A stretch of DNA of 64,000 nt from positions 2,144,001 to 2,208,000 of the forward strand of contig OZ242320.1 of the NCBI GenBank assembly GCA_965208125.1, written 5' to 3'. Below, piece after piece: positions 28,775 to 37,192 of this stretch. The DNA comes from Candidatus Latescibacterota bacterium. GTDB lineage: Bacteria > Latescibacterota > UBA2968. Each line of letters starts with the position of its first letter. Positions within the stretch are counted from its first letter, which is position 1. Both the position numbers and the translations under genes were made by a program. The notes beneath the pieces were generated by a model. It searched no databases. It was not told the origin of the DNA and saw only the letters and a program-made list of their open reading frames with translations.

Positions 28775-29404
28775 TTATTTGGGGAGGTCTGCGAGATGGG
28801 CAATATCGTTGAGGGCTATGAAGGTGGGTTCGCCTCCGGGGTTGAGTTGAAGGTGGTGGATGGCGGCTGTGCGACACGAGAATTGGGGTTTGTGCTCGTC
28901 TTCGGGTGTGTATCCCATGATCGCTTGTAGGCAAGCGACAATGGGGCGGACGTGTGTGATGCACGCAATTTGCTGATCGGGCGATTCGTTGACGAGTTGG
29001 CTCACGATGTTGGCAACGCGACTGTGCAGGTCGGCATAGGTTTCGCTGCCTGGAACGCGTGCATCTTCGAGGGATTGTCCTCCAAAAAAGCCGGGGTAAT
29101 ATTTTCGGACTTCTTCGCTGGAGAGTGTGGCGAGGTCGCCGCTTTCGAGTTCGCGCAGGTCATTTTCTACTTCGGGCACGATATGGAGCACATCGCCTAT
29201 CCATTCGGCTGTTTGGCGGGCGCATTTCTGGGGGCTGGTGTAGAGGGCGCGAATATCAAAGTCGGTTCTGAGGCGTTCGCCAAGGAGTAAGGCTTGTTGT
29301 TTGCCCCGATGCGAGAGGGGCATGTCGGCCCACCAGCCATAATGGTGTTCGCCAGCGCGTTTTCGGGCTTGTCCATGGCAGATTAGTATGAGGTCGGTTG
29401 GCAT
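28775..29404 (-). CDS. Histidine phosphatase family protein with degenerate motifs
   Basis: LICHGQ (vs RHG), SPQKCARQTA, LRE, ITHV, LND. Confidence 0.8.
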   Translation of the reverse strand: MPTDLILICHGQARKRAGEHHYGWWADMPLSHRGKQQALLLGERLRTDFDIRALYTSPQKCARQTAEWIGDVLHIVPEVENDLRELESGDLATLSSEEVRKYYPGFFGGQSLEDARVPGSETYADLHSRVANIVSQLVNESPDQQIACITHVRPIVACLQAIMGYTPEDEHKPQFSCRTAAIHHLQLNPGGEPTFIALNDIAHLADLPK

Positions 29405-29435
29405 GTGTGTTCCTTATTATTATTAGGAGGTGTGT

Positions 29436-30008
29436 ATGAAGTCAATGGTTGCGGTGTGTTTTTTTCTTGTAATCGCGATGTTCGGTCGTGCAGCTGCACA
29501 GGTGGATGTCAAGATAGGTGGGGGTATTCTTCTCGATCCCACGCGGGCGGGCGGGCACCTGTCCGTAGAGTTTCCCATTGGTGATTTGTATCCGACATAT
29601 TTGGCACCTTTTGTTGAATATTATCGAAGGACCATCACATTGGTAGCAACGGATAAGACTCTGGAGACGGAAATTCCTGCAGGTGTCAGTCTGGTTTATA
29701 AAGCCCCTTTGTCCGATCGCTATGGCACGGTGTTTTTTGGGGTTGCCGGCGGGGTGTTACACACACGAGGATCTCCTATAGTTGAAGTATTTGGCGGAAC
29801 AACGGTTTATGCCGTAGATACAGAGACCGGAGAAGTTGTGACAGAAACGTCAACCGAGGCGTTGATTGCCGTAGCAGGAGGTATGCGATTTGATGTTTCC
29901 GAGGGCATAGGCGCATTTGTGCAGGGTCGCTGGTTTCGCGCTTTTGCGTCCGGGACAACAAATAATTTTGGCATTCACGCAGGGCTGATGTTCTCTTTGG
30001 GTGAGTGA
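29436..30008 (+). CDS. Putative outer-membrane beta-barrel protein
   Basis: Signal peptide; alternating strands; C-terminal GIHAGLMFSL. Confidence 0.55.
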   Translation: MKSMVAVCFFLVIAMFGRAAAQVDVKIGGGILLDPTRAGGHLSVEFPIGDLYPTYLAPFVEYYRRTITLVATDKTLETEIPAGVSLVYKAPLSDRYGTVFFGVAGGVLHTRGSPIVEVFGGTTVYAVDTETGEVVTETSTEALIAVAGGMRFDVSEGIGAFVQGRWFRAFASGTTNNFGIHAGLMFSLGE

Positions 30009-30035
30009 TAGCGGACGAATCAGAAGTTTATATCC

Positions 30036-30063
30036 AGGCCGGGATTTATGTCCCGGCTTTTTT
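30036..30063. terminator. Terminator between convergent genes
   Basis: gccgggatttatgtcccggc followed by a T run. Confidence 0.7.
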
Positions 30064-31559
30064 TATGTAACCGGTTGATGGCGCAAGAAATCGATCAATA
30101 AACGCACGCCAATGCCCGTGGCTCCGATGGGGGTGTCGGGTTTGGCGGAACTTGTCGATGCGGTGCCGGCGATGTCGAGGTGTGCCCAGGGAAAGTTCTG
30201 GACATAGGCTTCGAGGAACGCGGCGGCGGTGAGTGCGCCCGCGGGCCGACCACCTGAGTTTTTGAGGTCGGCCACATTGCTTTTGATGAGGTTTCTGTGG
30301 CTGTCGAGAATGGGAAGATGCCAGGCAATTTCACCGGTGCGATTGCCCGCTTCGTGGATTTGAGCAATGAGGTCGTTGTCGTTGCCCATCAGGCCACTGG
30401 CTTCGTTGCCGAGTGCGGTGACGCAGGCCCCGGTTAGCGTGGCCAGGTCAATGACTGCTTTTGGCTCGTAGCGCGCGCTGTATGCAATGGCGTCGATGAG
30501 GGCGAGGCGGCCTTCGGCATCGGTGCTGTGAATTTCAACGGTTTTGGTGCCGAGGGGATGCAAGATGTCGCCGGGCCGATACGCGAGGCCATCGGGCATG
30601 TTTTCTGCGGCGGCAATCAGGCCAATGACGCGATGGGGCAGGTCGAGTTTTGCCACGGCTCGCATTGCGCCGATGACGGCTGCGGATCCACTCATGTCAA
30701 ATTTCATGTTCCACATGCCGTCGCTACCTTTGAGGGATATGCCGCCCGTGTCAAAGGTTATGCCTTTGCCAATGAAGATAATTGGCGCGGCATCGGGATC
30801 GGCACCCGCGTGTTCGAGGATGACAAAACGAGGTGGCCGAGCACTTCCCTGTCCCACAGCGCTCAAGGCACCCATGCCTTCATTTGAGATGCGCTGTTCA
30901 TCAAATATTTCACAGGAGAGACCTGTTTCACGGGCCATTTCTGAAGCCTGGTCGGCCAGTGTCGCCGGTGGCAAGTCGTTGCCGGGGGTGTTGCTCAGGT
31001 CTCGGGCGAAACACACGCTTTCGGCGATGATTTGTCCAGTATTCGCGCCTTTTTCTACATCGGTTTGTTTGGTTGTGTCAAATTCGACGAGGGTAAATGT
31101 GTCGAGATGTTTGGGATCGTTATTGTTTGTTTTGTAATTGGTGAATTTGTAGTTGCCGAGAATCGCGCCTTCAACAGTGGCTTGTGCGGCGTCTGAGACA
31201 TTGAGGCCGCCTATGCCGCCGCCGTGGATGATGGAGGCGAGGGTTTTTGCGCCGAGTTTGATGGCTTCTCTGGTTGCAGATGCGGATGCGAGACGCACTT
31301 GATTGGTTGTGAAGGCTTCTCGTTTGCCCAGGCCAACGAGAATGAGGCGCGGTGAAACTCGACGGGGATAGAGTACGGCGGTCTGGTTGCGTTTGCCGCT
31401 GAAGTCGCCGCCTGCGATGAGGTCGGCAATAAGCCCGTCCAGCGCGCGATTGGCTGCACCTGTTGCGCCGCCCGGTTCTGTGACGCCTTCAAAGAGGTTG
31501 AGCACGATGGCGTCTGTTGTACTTTCGAGGATGTTGCCGATGGTGATGGAGATGTTCAT
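30063..31559 (-). CDS. pepA: Leucyl aminopeptidase (M17)
   Basis: GKGITFDTGG, MKFDM, TDAEGRL, DLATLTG, HLDIAG. Confidence 0.95.
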   Translation of the reverse strand: MNISITIGNILESTTDAIVLNLFEGVTEPGGATGAANRALDGLIADLIAGGDFSGKRNQTAVLYPRRVSPRLILVGLGKREAFTTNQVRLASASATREAIKLGAKTLASIIHGGGIGGLNVSDAAQATVEGAILGNYKFTNYKTNNNDPKHLDTFTLVEFDTTKQTDVEKGANTGQIIAESVCFARDLSNTPGNDLPPATLADQASEMARETGLSCEIFDEQRISNEGMGALSAVGQGSARPPRFVILEHAGADPDAAPIIFIGKGITFDTGGISLKGSDGMWNMKFDMSGSAAVIGAMRAVAKLDLPHRVIGLIAAAENMPDGLAYRPGDILHPLGTKTVEIHSTDAEGRLALIDAIAYSARYEPKAVIDLATLTGACVTALGNEASGLMGNDNDLIAQIHEAGNRTGEIAWHLPILDSHRNLIKSNVADLKNSGGRPAGALTAAAFLEAYVQNFPWAHLDIAGTASTSSAKPDTPIGATGIGVRLLIDFLRHQPVT

Positions 31560-31572
31560 GTGAGAATTGGTC

Positions 31573-32193
31573 CTATAAGAGAAATGGATTGATGCGTTTT
31601 TCGCGGTCTATGGTTGTGTCTGGCCCGTGCCCGGGGTGAAGTATTGTGTCGTCGGGGAGGGTGAGGATTTTGGTGTGGATCGAGTCCATGAGCGTTTGCA
31701 GGTCTGCGCCTTCGAGATCGGTGCGGCCAATAGAGCCGGCGAATACAGTGTCGCCAATAATGGCGTGGCCCGGCCAGGTGAGCGCGATGTTGCCGGGCGC
31801 GTGGCCCGGTACATGGAGGATGTTCAGGGTTTTGCGGCCAAAGACTATGGTATCGCCTTCATCGATAAAGCGGTCAATTTTGGGCGATGGATCGGTTTGA
31901 AAGCCCAGGGGGGCAACAATGTCTGTAAGTGCCTCGACCATAAATACATCGGCTTTGTGGATGGCGAATGGCGCACCTGTTTTTTCTTTGAGCGATGCGA
32001 CGCGCCCAATGTGGTCAAAATGTCCGTGTGTGGCAATTATTTCGACGACTTTGATATTGTGGTCTTCAATGAGCTGAAGTATGGTGTCGGTATCGTCGCC
32101 GGGATCTATGACAATGCCTTCGCGCGTTTTTTCGCAGGCGAGGATGTAACAATTGACTTCGAGCGGACCGACGATGGTGGATATAAAGATCAC
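31573..32193 (-). CDS. MBL-fold metallo-hydrolase (glyoxalase II-like)
   Basis: THGHFDHIG, PGHAPG, PGHG; GTGA overlap start. Confidence 0.9.
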   Translation of the reverse strand: MIFISTIVGPLEVNCYILACEKTREGIVIDPGDDTDTILQLIEDHNIKVVEIIATHGHFDHIGRVASLKEKTGAPFAIHKADVFMVEALTDIVAPLGFQTDPSPKIDRFIDEGDTIVFGRKTLNILHVPGHAPGNIALTWPGHAIIGDTVFAGSIGRTDLEGADLQTLMDSIHTKILTLPDDTILHPGHGPDTTIDREKRINPFLL

Positions 32194-33257
32194 GATAGTT
32201 CCTGCGCGATTTTTACTTCTTCGCCCGTTTCCTGGCTGCGATAGATGCCGTCGAGGATTGCCATGACTTGCAGCGATTGCTCGGCGGGCACGGGTGATGG
32301 CTTGCCTTCGGCGATGGCCCGGGCAAATTCGACGCATTCTTGTGCGTGGGGTTCGAGCAGGTCGCGGGTATTTTGCAGGGTGCGGTTGTAGTGCTGTTGT
32401 ATATCGTTGTTGCTTTGATAGATTTCACAACTGGGCCAGTGGCTGCCCCCTCTGGTGCCGTAGAGCCACATTTGCATGTCTTCACCCTGCGTTTTGTGGT
32501 GGAGTAGCCAGCTGACCTCGAGCACGAGGGTTGCTCCATTTTCAAAGCGCACAAATGCTGCGGCGAAGTCCTCGACATCAAACTGCGCCGATGGGATGAG
32601 ACCCCAATTGCTGAAGGCACCTTTCTGGTGGGCGATTTCTGCGCGGGCGACACCAGTGACGGATACGGGTTTGGGGTTGTTCATGAACCAGAGTGTCAGG
32701 TCGAGGATGTGTACGCCAATGTCGATGCAGGGACCGCCGCCGCTGTGTTGTTTTTGTATAAAGCCCGGTGTGTTTGGCGCCCCTGAGCGGCGGAGCATCC
32801 AGCTGCGCGCGTGGTATATGTCTCCGAGTACGCCCGTATCGAGTTCGGCTCGCATGGCTTTTGATTTGCCCGAGAAACGAAAATGTTGCGCTGTCATCAG
32901 GGTTTTGCCGGATTTGTCGCGTGCGGCAATCATGTTTTTGATGAGTTCGGGATTGGGAGCGAGAGGTTTTTCGCAGATGACGTGTTTGCCCGCTTCAAGC
33001 GCGGCAATGGCCAATGGCGCGTGATAATTGTTGGGAGTACAGATGTCGATGATGTCGATATCGGGATTTTTGAACAGGTCTTCCGGGTCGGTGGATAGGA
33101 TGGATATATTGTTATTTTCGCCCCATTTGTTCAGTACCTCTGCACTGATATCACTGCCGGCAATCAGGTCGGCATGTTGGGAGGCGGCCCATCCAGGCAT
33201 GTGCGTGCGCGCGATGCCACCAACGCCGATGATGCCGACTTTGAGTTTGTCTGCCAT
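32190..33257 (-). CDS. Gfo/Idh/MocA oxidoreductase
   Basis: IIGVGGIA, CEKP, GGGPCIDIGVH. Confidence 0.92.
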   Translation of the reverse strand: MADKLKVGIIGVGGIARTHMPGWAASQHADLIAGSDISAEVLNKWGENNNISILSTDPEDLFKNPDIDIIDICTPNNYHAPLAIAALEAGKHVICEKPLAPNPELIKNMIAARDKSGKTLMTAQHFRFSGKSKAMRAELDTGVLGDIYHARSWMLRRSGAPNTPGFIQKQHSGGGPCIDIGVHILDLTLWFMNNPKPVSVTGVARAEIAHQKGAFSNWGLIPSAQFDVEDFAAAFVRFENGATLVLEVSWLLHHKTQGEDMQMWLYGTRGGSHWPSCEIYQSNNDIQQHYNRTLQNTRDLLEPHAQECVEFARAIAEGKPSPVPAEQSLQVMAILDGIYRSQETGEEVKIAQELS

Positions 33258-33361
33258 GATGCTCCTTTCAGGTTTCAGTTGGAATCTCTTAATGAGAGCA
33301 AAAGATAATATCACAGCGCATCAAGGGAAAGTTTTTTTTGTGAAATTGTGATATTTTACCC

Positions 33362-33390
33362 TTGACGCATATACAAATGTTCACTATATT
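33362..33390 (+). promoter_or_regulatory. Sigma70-type promoter
   Basis: TTGACG-N17-TATATT in an AT-rich divergent spacer. Confidence 0.55.
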
Positions 33391-33509
33391 TATAGCGGTT
33401 GGAAAATAGTATATAATATTTTGTAAAAATTGAATTTAGGAAAGTTTTTGTGATTATATACGACGATTTATGTCGGTATATTCACCTAACTTAGATAGGA
33501 GATGTTCCC

Positions 33510-33839
33510 ATGAAACGCATTGTTCCCATGTTGGGTATCGATTCAGGATCAAAGAAGGTACAACGGGCTACTTCCCGGTCCCGTTTTATCCCTCAGTTTC
33601 GTCGGGAAGTCTGCGAGGTGATTAATCGCGTTCGCGCTGCTTATGGCCCCATTCCCATGAAGACTGTGGCCGATTACCCCGAGGTCAAGGCCGCAGAAGC
33701 GACGATTGAACAGGCTGCGCGATTGGTGTGTAGTGGGCTTGAAAATGTCAAAGTATGGCGCGGTGCGCTGGTGGTTTACGAGTTGACCTGGATGTCTGCG
33801 CTGAAAAAGGTGCGTCCGTCGGATAAGTCAGCCGCTTAA
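33510..33839 (+). CDS. Hypothetical protein
   Basis: 109 aa, with AGGAG RBS and its own terminator; no recognised motif. Confidence 0.65.
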   Translation: MKRIVPMLGIDSGSKKVQRATSRSRFIPQFRREVCEVINRVRAAYGPIPMKTVADYPEVKAAEATIEQAARLVCSGLENVKVWRGALVVYELTWMSALKKVRPSDKSAA

Positions 33840-33860
33840 GTACATTTTTTAATATTCAAG

Positions 33861-33896
33861 AAAGCCGAGATTCTCTGTGGATCTCGGCTTTTTTTT
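33861..33896 (+). terminator. Rho-independent terminator
   Basis: aaagccgagat...atctcggcttt followed by a T run. Confidence 0.8.
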
Positions 33897-33984
33897 ATCA
33901 TTGACGGGATTGGACAATTTCAGGAACTTTTGGCGCTTTGCGAGATATAACTAAAGTTCAATCGCTATAATGGAGAAGTAGTGT

Positions 33985-35388
33985 ATGCAAAGATGGATAT
34001 GGATACTGGTTGCGGGATTTATGGTTTTGCAGGTTGAGGCAAAAATTGATCCCGAATTTCAGACAACGATCGCGCAAATGGAAAAGTTCAGCGAGGCTTT
34101 TGCTGCAGTGGCTTCCGAGGTCAATCCAGGTGTGGTCGCGGTGATTAAGAAAAGAGATGTGCTGGTTGGGGTGCGAAGATCAACGGGCAATCCTCTTTTC
34201 GATCATTTTTTTGGCGGTGGTCTGCAGTATCGAAGAGAACAGCGGCAGCAGGGTTTGGGTTCGGGGGTTATTGTTTCTCGAGATGGCTATATTTTGACCA
34301 ATAATCACGTTGTTGCAGAGGCCGATTCTATTGAAGTAGAACTCGACGATGGCAGAAAGTTCGGCGCAACGCTGGTGGGAACAGATCCGCAGAGCGATGT
34401 TGCGGTGTTGAAAATTGATGGGCGCGATTTGCCCGCGCTGAAGATGGGCGATTCGGACAAGTTGAAGGTCGGTTCATGGGTGCTGGCTATCGGCAATCCG
34501 TATGGTTTGCGACATACGGTGACGTACGGTATTGTGAGCGCGATTGGACGGGGCAATTTAGATATTGTGGATTACGAAGATTTTATTCAAACAGATGCGG
34601 CGATTAACCCGGGCAATAGCGGTGGGGCAATGGTAAATTTGCGCGGGGAACTGGTGGGTATCAATACGGCAATTTTGTCGCGCAGTGGGGGCAGTCAGGG
34701 TATTGGGTTGGCTGTGCCTATCAATATGGCGCGCAATATTATGCAGCAAATTATAGAAGGTGGAGAGGTTAAACGCGGGTATCTGGATGTGGTGGTTCAA
34801 GATCTTACGCCGGAGCTTTCCGAAGCACTGGGATTATCTGTGAATCGGGGTGCGTTGATTCAGGAGGTGGGGGAATTTGCCGAGCAGACGGGTTTGCAGC
34901 CAGGCGATGTGATTGTGGGGTTAAACGACCGCGAGATTTCCAATGCAGATGAATTTCTGACGCGTATTGCGCGAACCCCTCCGGGCGCACAGGTGATAGT
35001 TGAGGTGGTCCGAAGTGGGGCAAATAGAAAGTTGCGCATAACGGTAGATGCGTTTAATCCCTTTCGCGGTCTGAAGGAGATTGAGCGGCAACGCGTCCTG
35101 GGGCTGAATGTTCAGGAGATGACGCCCGCTATTGCCCGTCAGTTTGGTTATAATTCACAATGGGGCATGCTCATTACCGATGTGAGAGCGGGAAGCGCGG
35201 CCGATGCGGCGCGTTTGCAGCGGGGAGATGTGATTCGCGAGATGAATCGCAGAGCCATGCGTTCGATGGAAGATTATGAAGATGTATTGGCGGAGTTGAA
35301 ACCCGGTGACGAAGTCGGGATGATCATTCGCAGAGAGACCCGCAGGCAATATGCCAATTTTTACGCCGTGCTCAAGGTGCCGAAGTAG
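33985..35388 (+). CDS. degP: Do/DegQ (HtrA) serine protease with 2 PDZ domains
   Basis: TNNHV, SDVAVLK, INPGNSGG triad motifs; signal peptide. Confidence 0.9.
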   Translation: MQRWIWILVAGFMVLQVEAKIDPEFQTTIAQMEKFSEAFAAVASEVNPGVVAVIKKRDVLVGVRRSTGNPLFDHFFGGGLQYRREQRQQGLGSGVIVSRDGYILTNNHVVAEADSIEVELDDGRKFGATLVGTDPQSDVAVLKIDGRDLPALKMGDSDKLKVGSWVLAIGNPYGLRHTVTYGIVSAIGRGNLDIVDYEDFIQTDAAINPGNSGGAMVNLRGELVGINTAILSRSGGSQGIGLAVPINMARNIMQQIIEGGEVKRGYLDVVVQDLTPELSEALGLSVNRGALIQEVGEFAEQTGLQPGDVIVGLNDREISNADEFLTRIARTPPGAQVIVEVVRSGANRKLRITVDAFNPFRGLKEIERQRVLGLNVQEMTPAIARQFGYNSQWGMLITDVRAGSAADAARLQRGDVIREMNRRAMRSMEDYEDVLAELKPGDEVGMIIRRETRRQYANFYAVLKVPK

Positions 35389-35490
35389 AAGTGTGAAGTG
35401 AGAAGTAAGAAGTGAGAAGGCCCCGCCCAACCCCCATACAGGCAGGTGGCTCATCCCCTTTCACACTTCACACTTCATCCTTCATCCTTT
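35382..35490. repeat. Heptamer-armed palindromic element, copy B (inverted relative to copy A)
   Basis: (gaagtgN)n, core, (cacttca/ccttcat)n; the core reverse complement matches copy A. Confidence 0.7.
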
Positions 35491-36884
35491 ACATACCGTT
35501 CGTCTTTTACTTTTTCCTGAAGGCGGTAGAGTTCGTCTTTGAGTTCGCGCACGATATCGGCGTATTCGGGATCGTCGTACACGTTGTTGAGTTCATAGGG
35601 GTCTTTTTCGAGGTCGAAGAGTTCCCATTCGGGTTCTTTGGTGTCTTCGATTGATCCTTTTTGATTGAGGCCGTCGGCGTAGTAATAGATGAGTTTGTAC
35701 TGGTGGGTTCGCACGCCGTAATGGGCGTAAACATGGTGGTGCGTCAGGTGCATCCAGTAGCGATAATACATCGATGTTTGCCATCCTTCTGGGGTTTCGC
35801 CGTTGAGCAAGGGGCGAATGCTCGATCCCTGGAAGGTTTCGGGAATGTCAATGCCCGCGTAGTCGAGAAAGGTGGGGGCAAAGTCGGTGTTGAGGATCAT
35901 GTCGGTGTTGATACTGCCGGGTTTGATTTCTTTGGGATAGCGGATGATGAAGGGCATGCGCAGCGACTCTTCGTACATGAAGCGCTTGTCATACCAGCCG
36001 TGATCGCCCAGGAAAAAGCCCTGGTCAGATGTGTAAATGACGATGGTGTTGTCGGTGAGGCCTTCTGCGTCGAGATAGTCGAGCATGCGTCCGACATTGT
36101 CGTCGATAGAGGACACACAGCGCAGGTAGTCTTTTATGTAGCGCTGGTATTTCCATTTTTTATCTTCTTCAGGTGAGAGGCCTTCAGGGGGTAATCCCTT
36201 GAGGTCATTTTTGTTCATGTCGCGGTCAACGCGCATTTTGGCGGCTTCGGCAGCACTGGCGCGATTGCTGTAGTCGTCCCAGAAGGTTTCGGGTTCGGGT
36301 ATGTCTTCGTTTTCATACATGTGGGCGTGTTTTTCGTCGGGTTCCCAAGCGCGGTGGGGCGCTTTGTGGTGGTACATGAGCATGAAGGGGCGATTTGTGT
36401 CCCGCGCTTTGAGCCAGTCGAGGCATAAGTCTGTGATGATGTCGGTGACATAGCCTTGATAGACTTTTTCTTCGCCCATTTCTATCATTTCGGGGTTGTG
36501 GTATAATCCCTGTCCGGGTAGCACATTCCAGTAGTCAAAGCCGGTGGGGTCGTGGATGCCGCCGTGCCCGAGATGCCATTTGCCGATCATGGCGGTTTGA
36601 TATCCCGCCTGTTGGAATAATTTGGGAAATGTGAGTTGCCTGCCGTCGAGATGGGTCGCAAGCGTGGTTACGCCGTTGATGTGGTTGTACGTGCCGGTGA
36701 GGATTACCGCCCGGCTGGGGGCACAGATTGAGTTGGTGCAAAAGCAGTTGTCAAAGCGCATGCCTTCATTTGCTATGCGGTCGAGGTTGGGGGTCTGGTT
36801 GATGCGGCTGTTGTAGCAACTCATGGCATGCGATGCGTGATCGTCGGACATGATAAAGAGGATGTTGGGACGGTCTGTAGGCAA
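35475..36884 (-). CDS. Sulfatase (S1, formylglycine-dependent)
   Basis: PNILFIMSDDH, CAPSRA, GKWHLG, SDQG; TTG start after AAGGAG. Confidence 0.92.
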   Translation of the reverse strand: MPTDRPNILFIMSDDHASHAMSCYNSRINQTPNLDRIANEGMRFDNCFCTNSICAPSRAVILTGTYNHINGVTTLATHLDGRQLTFPKLFQQAGYQTAMIGKWHLGHGGIHDPTGFDYWNVLPGQGLYHNPEMIEMGEEKVYQGYVTDIITDLCLDWLKARDTNRPFMLMYHHKAPHRAWEPDEKHAHMYENEDIPEPETFWDDYSNRASAAEAAKMRVDRDMNKNDLKGLPPEGLSPEEDKKWKYQRYIKDYLRCVSSIDDNVGRMLDYLDAEGLTDNTIVIYTSDQGFFLGDHGWYDKRFMYEESLRMPFIIRYPKEIKPGSINTDMILNTDFAPTFLDYAGIDIPETFQGSSIRPLLNGETPEGWQTSMYYRYWMHLTHHHVYAHYGVRTHQYKLIYYYADGLNQKGSIEDTKEPEWELFDLEKDPYELNNVYDDPEYADIVRELKDELYRLQEKVKDERYVKDEG

Positions 36885-36909
36885 GAGAGACTCCTTGGTG
36901 AAGAAGGTG

Positions 36910-37056
36910 ATCCGCAGATGAACGCAGATGAAACAACCGTAGGGGCGAGGCATGCTTAAAGCCGCGATCCAGGTGAGAAGGGTGGAACGGTGTGCAACTG
37001 ATAGCGGTCAAAGTTCTGTGAATCCGATTTGTAGGGGCGACCCCCTGTGGTCGCCC
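36910..37056. repeat. Intergenic repeat cluster: decamer repeat, hybrid REP and GTAG-type REP
   Basis: cgcagatgaa x2; gtaggggcgaggcatgcttaaagccgcgatccag (36939-36972); gtaggggcgaccccctgtggtcgccc (37031-37056). Confidence 0.7.
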
Positions 37057-37192
37057 GTGTATCAACATAAGGCAGGATGTGCGCGATATCAAGTGGGACA
37101 AAAGGTGGGCACAGGCGTTTATTCTTTGTGGGGGATGCAATGATTGGTATTATATACAGACGACGCGATGTGACTATGAAGGAGTGAAGTAA

